From positions 31,409 to 95,408 of the forward strand of contig CAVRKB010000012.1 in the NCBI GenBank assembly GCA_963721545.1: a DNA stretch of 64,000 nt, in the 5' to 3' direction. The notes under the pieces are model-generated. The model had not been told where the DNA came from. It made no database searches and saw nothing but the letters and a program-made list of their open reading frames with translations. Positions 63,513 through 64,000 of the stretch are shown here, one piece after another. Both the position numbers and the translations under genes were made by a program. The stretch's first letter is position 1, and each line of letters opens with the position of its first letter. The stretch is from an uncultured Chloroflexia bacterium (GTDB taxonomy: Bacteria > Chloroflexota > Limnocylindria > Limnocylindrales > CSP1-4).

Positions 63513-64000
63513 CCGAAGGGGCCTCGCCCGAAGTCGAGGGCGCGCCCGGACGGATCGTCGTCGACGGGCGGCCGCTAGCGTTCGAGCCGGGCGACTCGGT
63601 GGCCGTCGCGATCCTGCGCGCCGGCGAGGTCCCTGGGCGCGGCGGGACGCTGTGCCTCGCCGGCGACTGCGGGAATTGCCTGGCACAGGTCGACGGCGTG
63701 GCCTACGTGCGGACCTGCCAGACCGCGGCCCGGCCCGGGATGGCCGTCGTCCGGCACCCAGCCGGTTCGAAGCCGCCACTCCCCGTGGTTGCCGGCCCGG
63801 ACCTGACCTCCCCGCCGGTCGAGCGGGAGGTGCCGGTCTGGCGCGTCGAAACGGACATGGCGGTCATCGGCGGCGGGACCGCGGGCGCCACGGCGCGTGC
63901 AGCCGCGGAGGGTGCCGGTCGCTCGTCGATGCTGCTCGACGCGGCCGCCGGCGACGAGGTGGTGGCGATCTACCCGGGTCCGACCATCGTGGTCCGGACG
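63509..64000 (+). CDS. sarcosine-oxidase-alpha-like subunit, N-terminal part (2Fe-2S ferredoxin-like domain then FAD-binding motif); continues beyond window
   Basis: GTGA overlap with the preceding stop. RIVVDGRPLAFEPGDSVAVAIL...CLAGDCGNCLAQVDGVAYVRTCQT ferredoxin-like segment, then MAVIGGGTAGATAA dinucleotide motif. Confidence 0.55.
   Translation, partial: MTEGASPEVEGAPGRIVVDGRPLAFEPGDSVAVAILRAGEVPGRGGTLCLAGDCGNCLAQVDGVAYVRTCQTAARPGMAVVRHPAGSKPPLPVVAGPDLTSPPVEREVPVWRVETDMAVIGGGTAGATARAAAEGAGRSSMLLDAAAGDEVVAIYPGPTIVVRT

Overview
The window is 64 kb of very high-GC (about 72%) DNA, gene-dense on both strands, consistent with an actinobacterial-type (or similar high-GC) chromosome.

Gene content, in order:
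- Housekeeping genes: nucleoside hydrolase, aroK, purK-purE.
- Stress and envelope genes: two tandem HtrA proteases, sodC-padR, ChrB, MFS.
- Aldehyde dehydrogenase, polyphosphate glucokinase, a GlnA-family glutamine synthetase homologue.
- A phenylacetate (paa) catabolic operon carrying a TetR-type PaaR operator.
- A cell-envelope block: acyltransferase-3/SGNH, fasciclin, GT2 plus flippase-like protein.
- A B12-binding MerR (CarH/LitR-like) regulator next to erpA.
- A 20-kb island at the 3' end that looks like a quaternary-amine (betaine-type) demethylation cluster: two non-pyrrolysine MttB-family methyltransferases, a fused OYE-FMN/FAD/[4Fe-4S] demethylase-like oxidoreductase, a DMGDH-like folate-dependent oxidase, a SoxA-like subunit, an enolase-superfamily enzyme, an aldehyde dehydrogenase, an Opp/Dpp-type ABC importer and a UbiB kinase.

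I recognised no rRNA, tRNA, CRISPR array, transposase or integrase.

Two cautions:
- Most long ORFs in the six-frame track are antisense or read-through artefacts of the GC content; the real genes were identified from protein-family signatures.
- About half the recognisable genes are interrupted by single-nucleotide frameshifts (roughly 50 in 64 kb, very dense in the opp operon) with no premature stops or larger lesions. This pattern points to indel sequencing errors rather than genuine pseudogenisation.

Many genes appear leaderless, with a TAC(A/C)(A/C)T -10 hexamer 6-9 nt upstream of the start codon.
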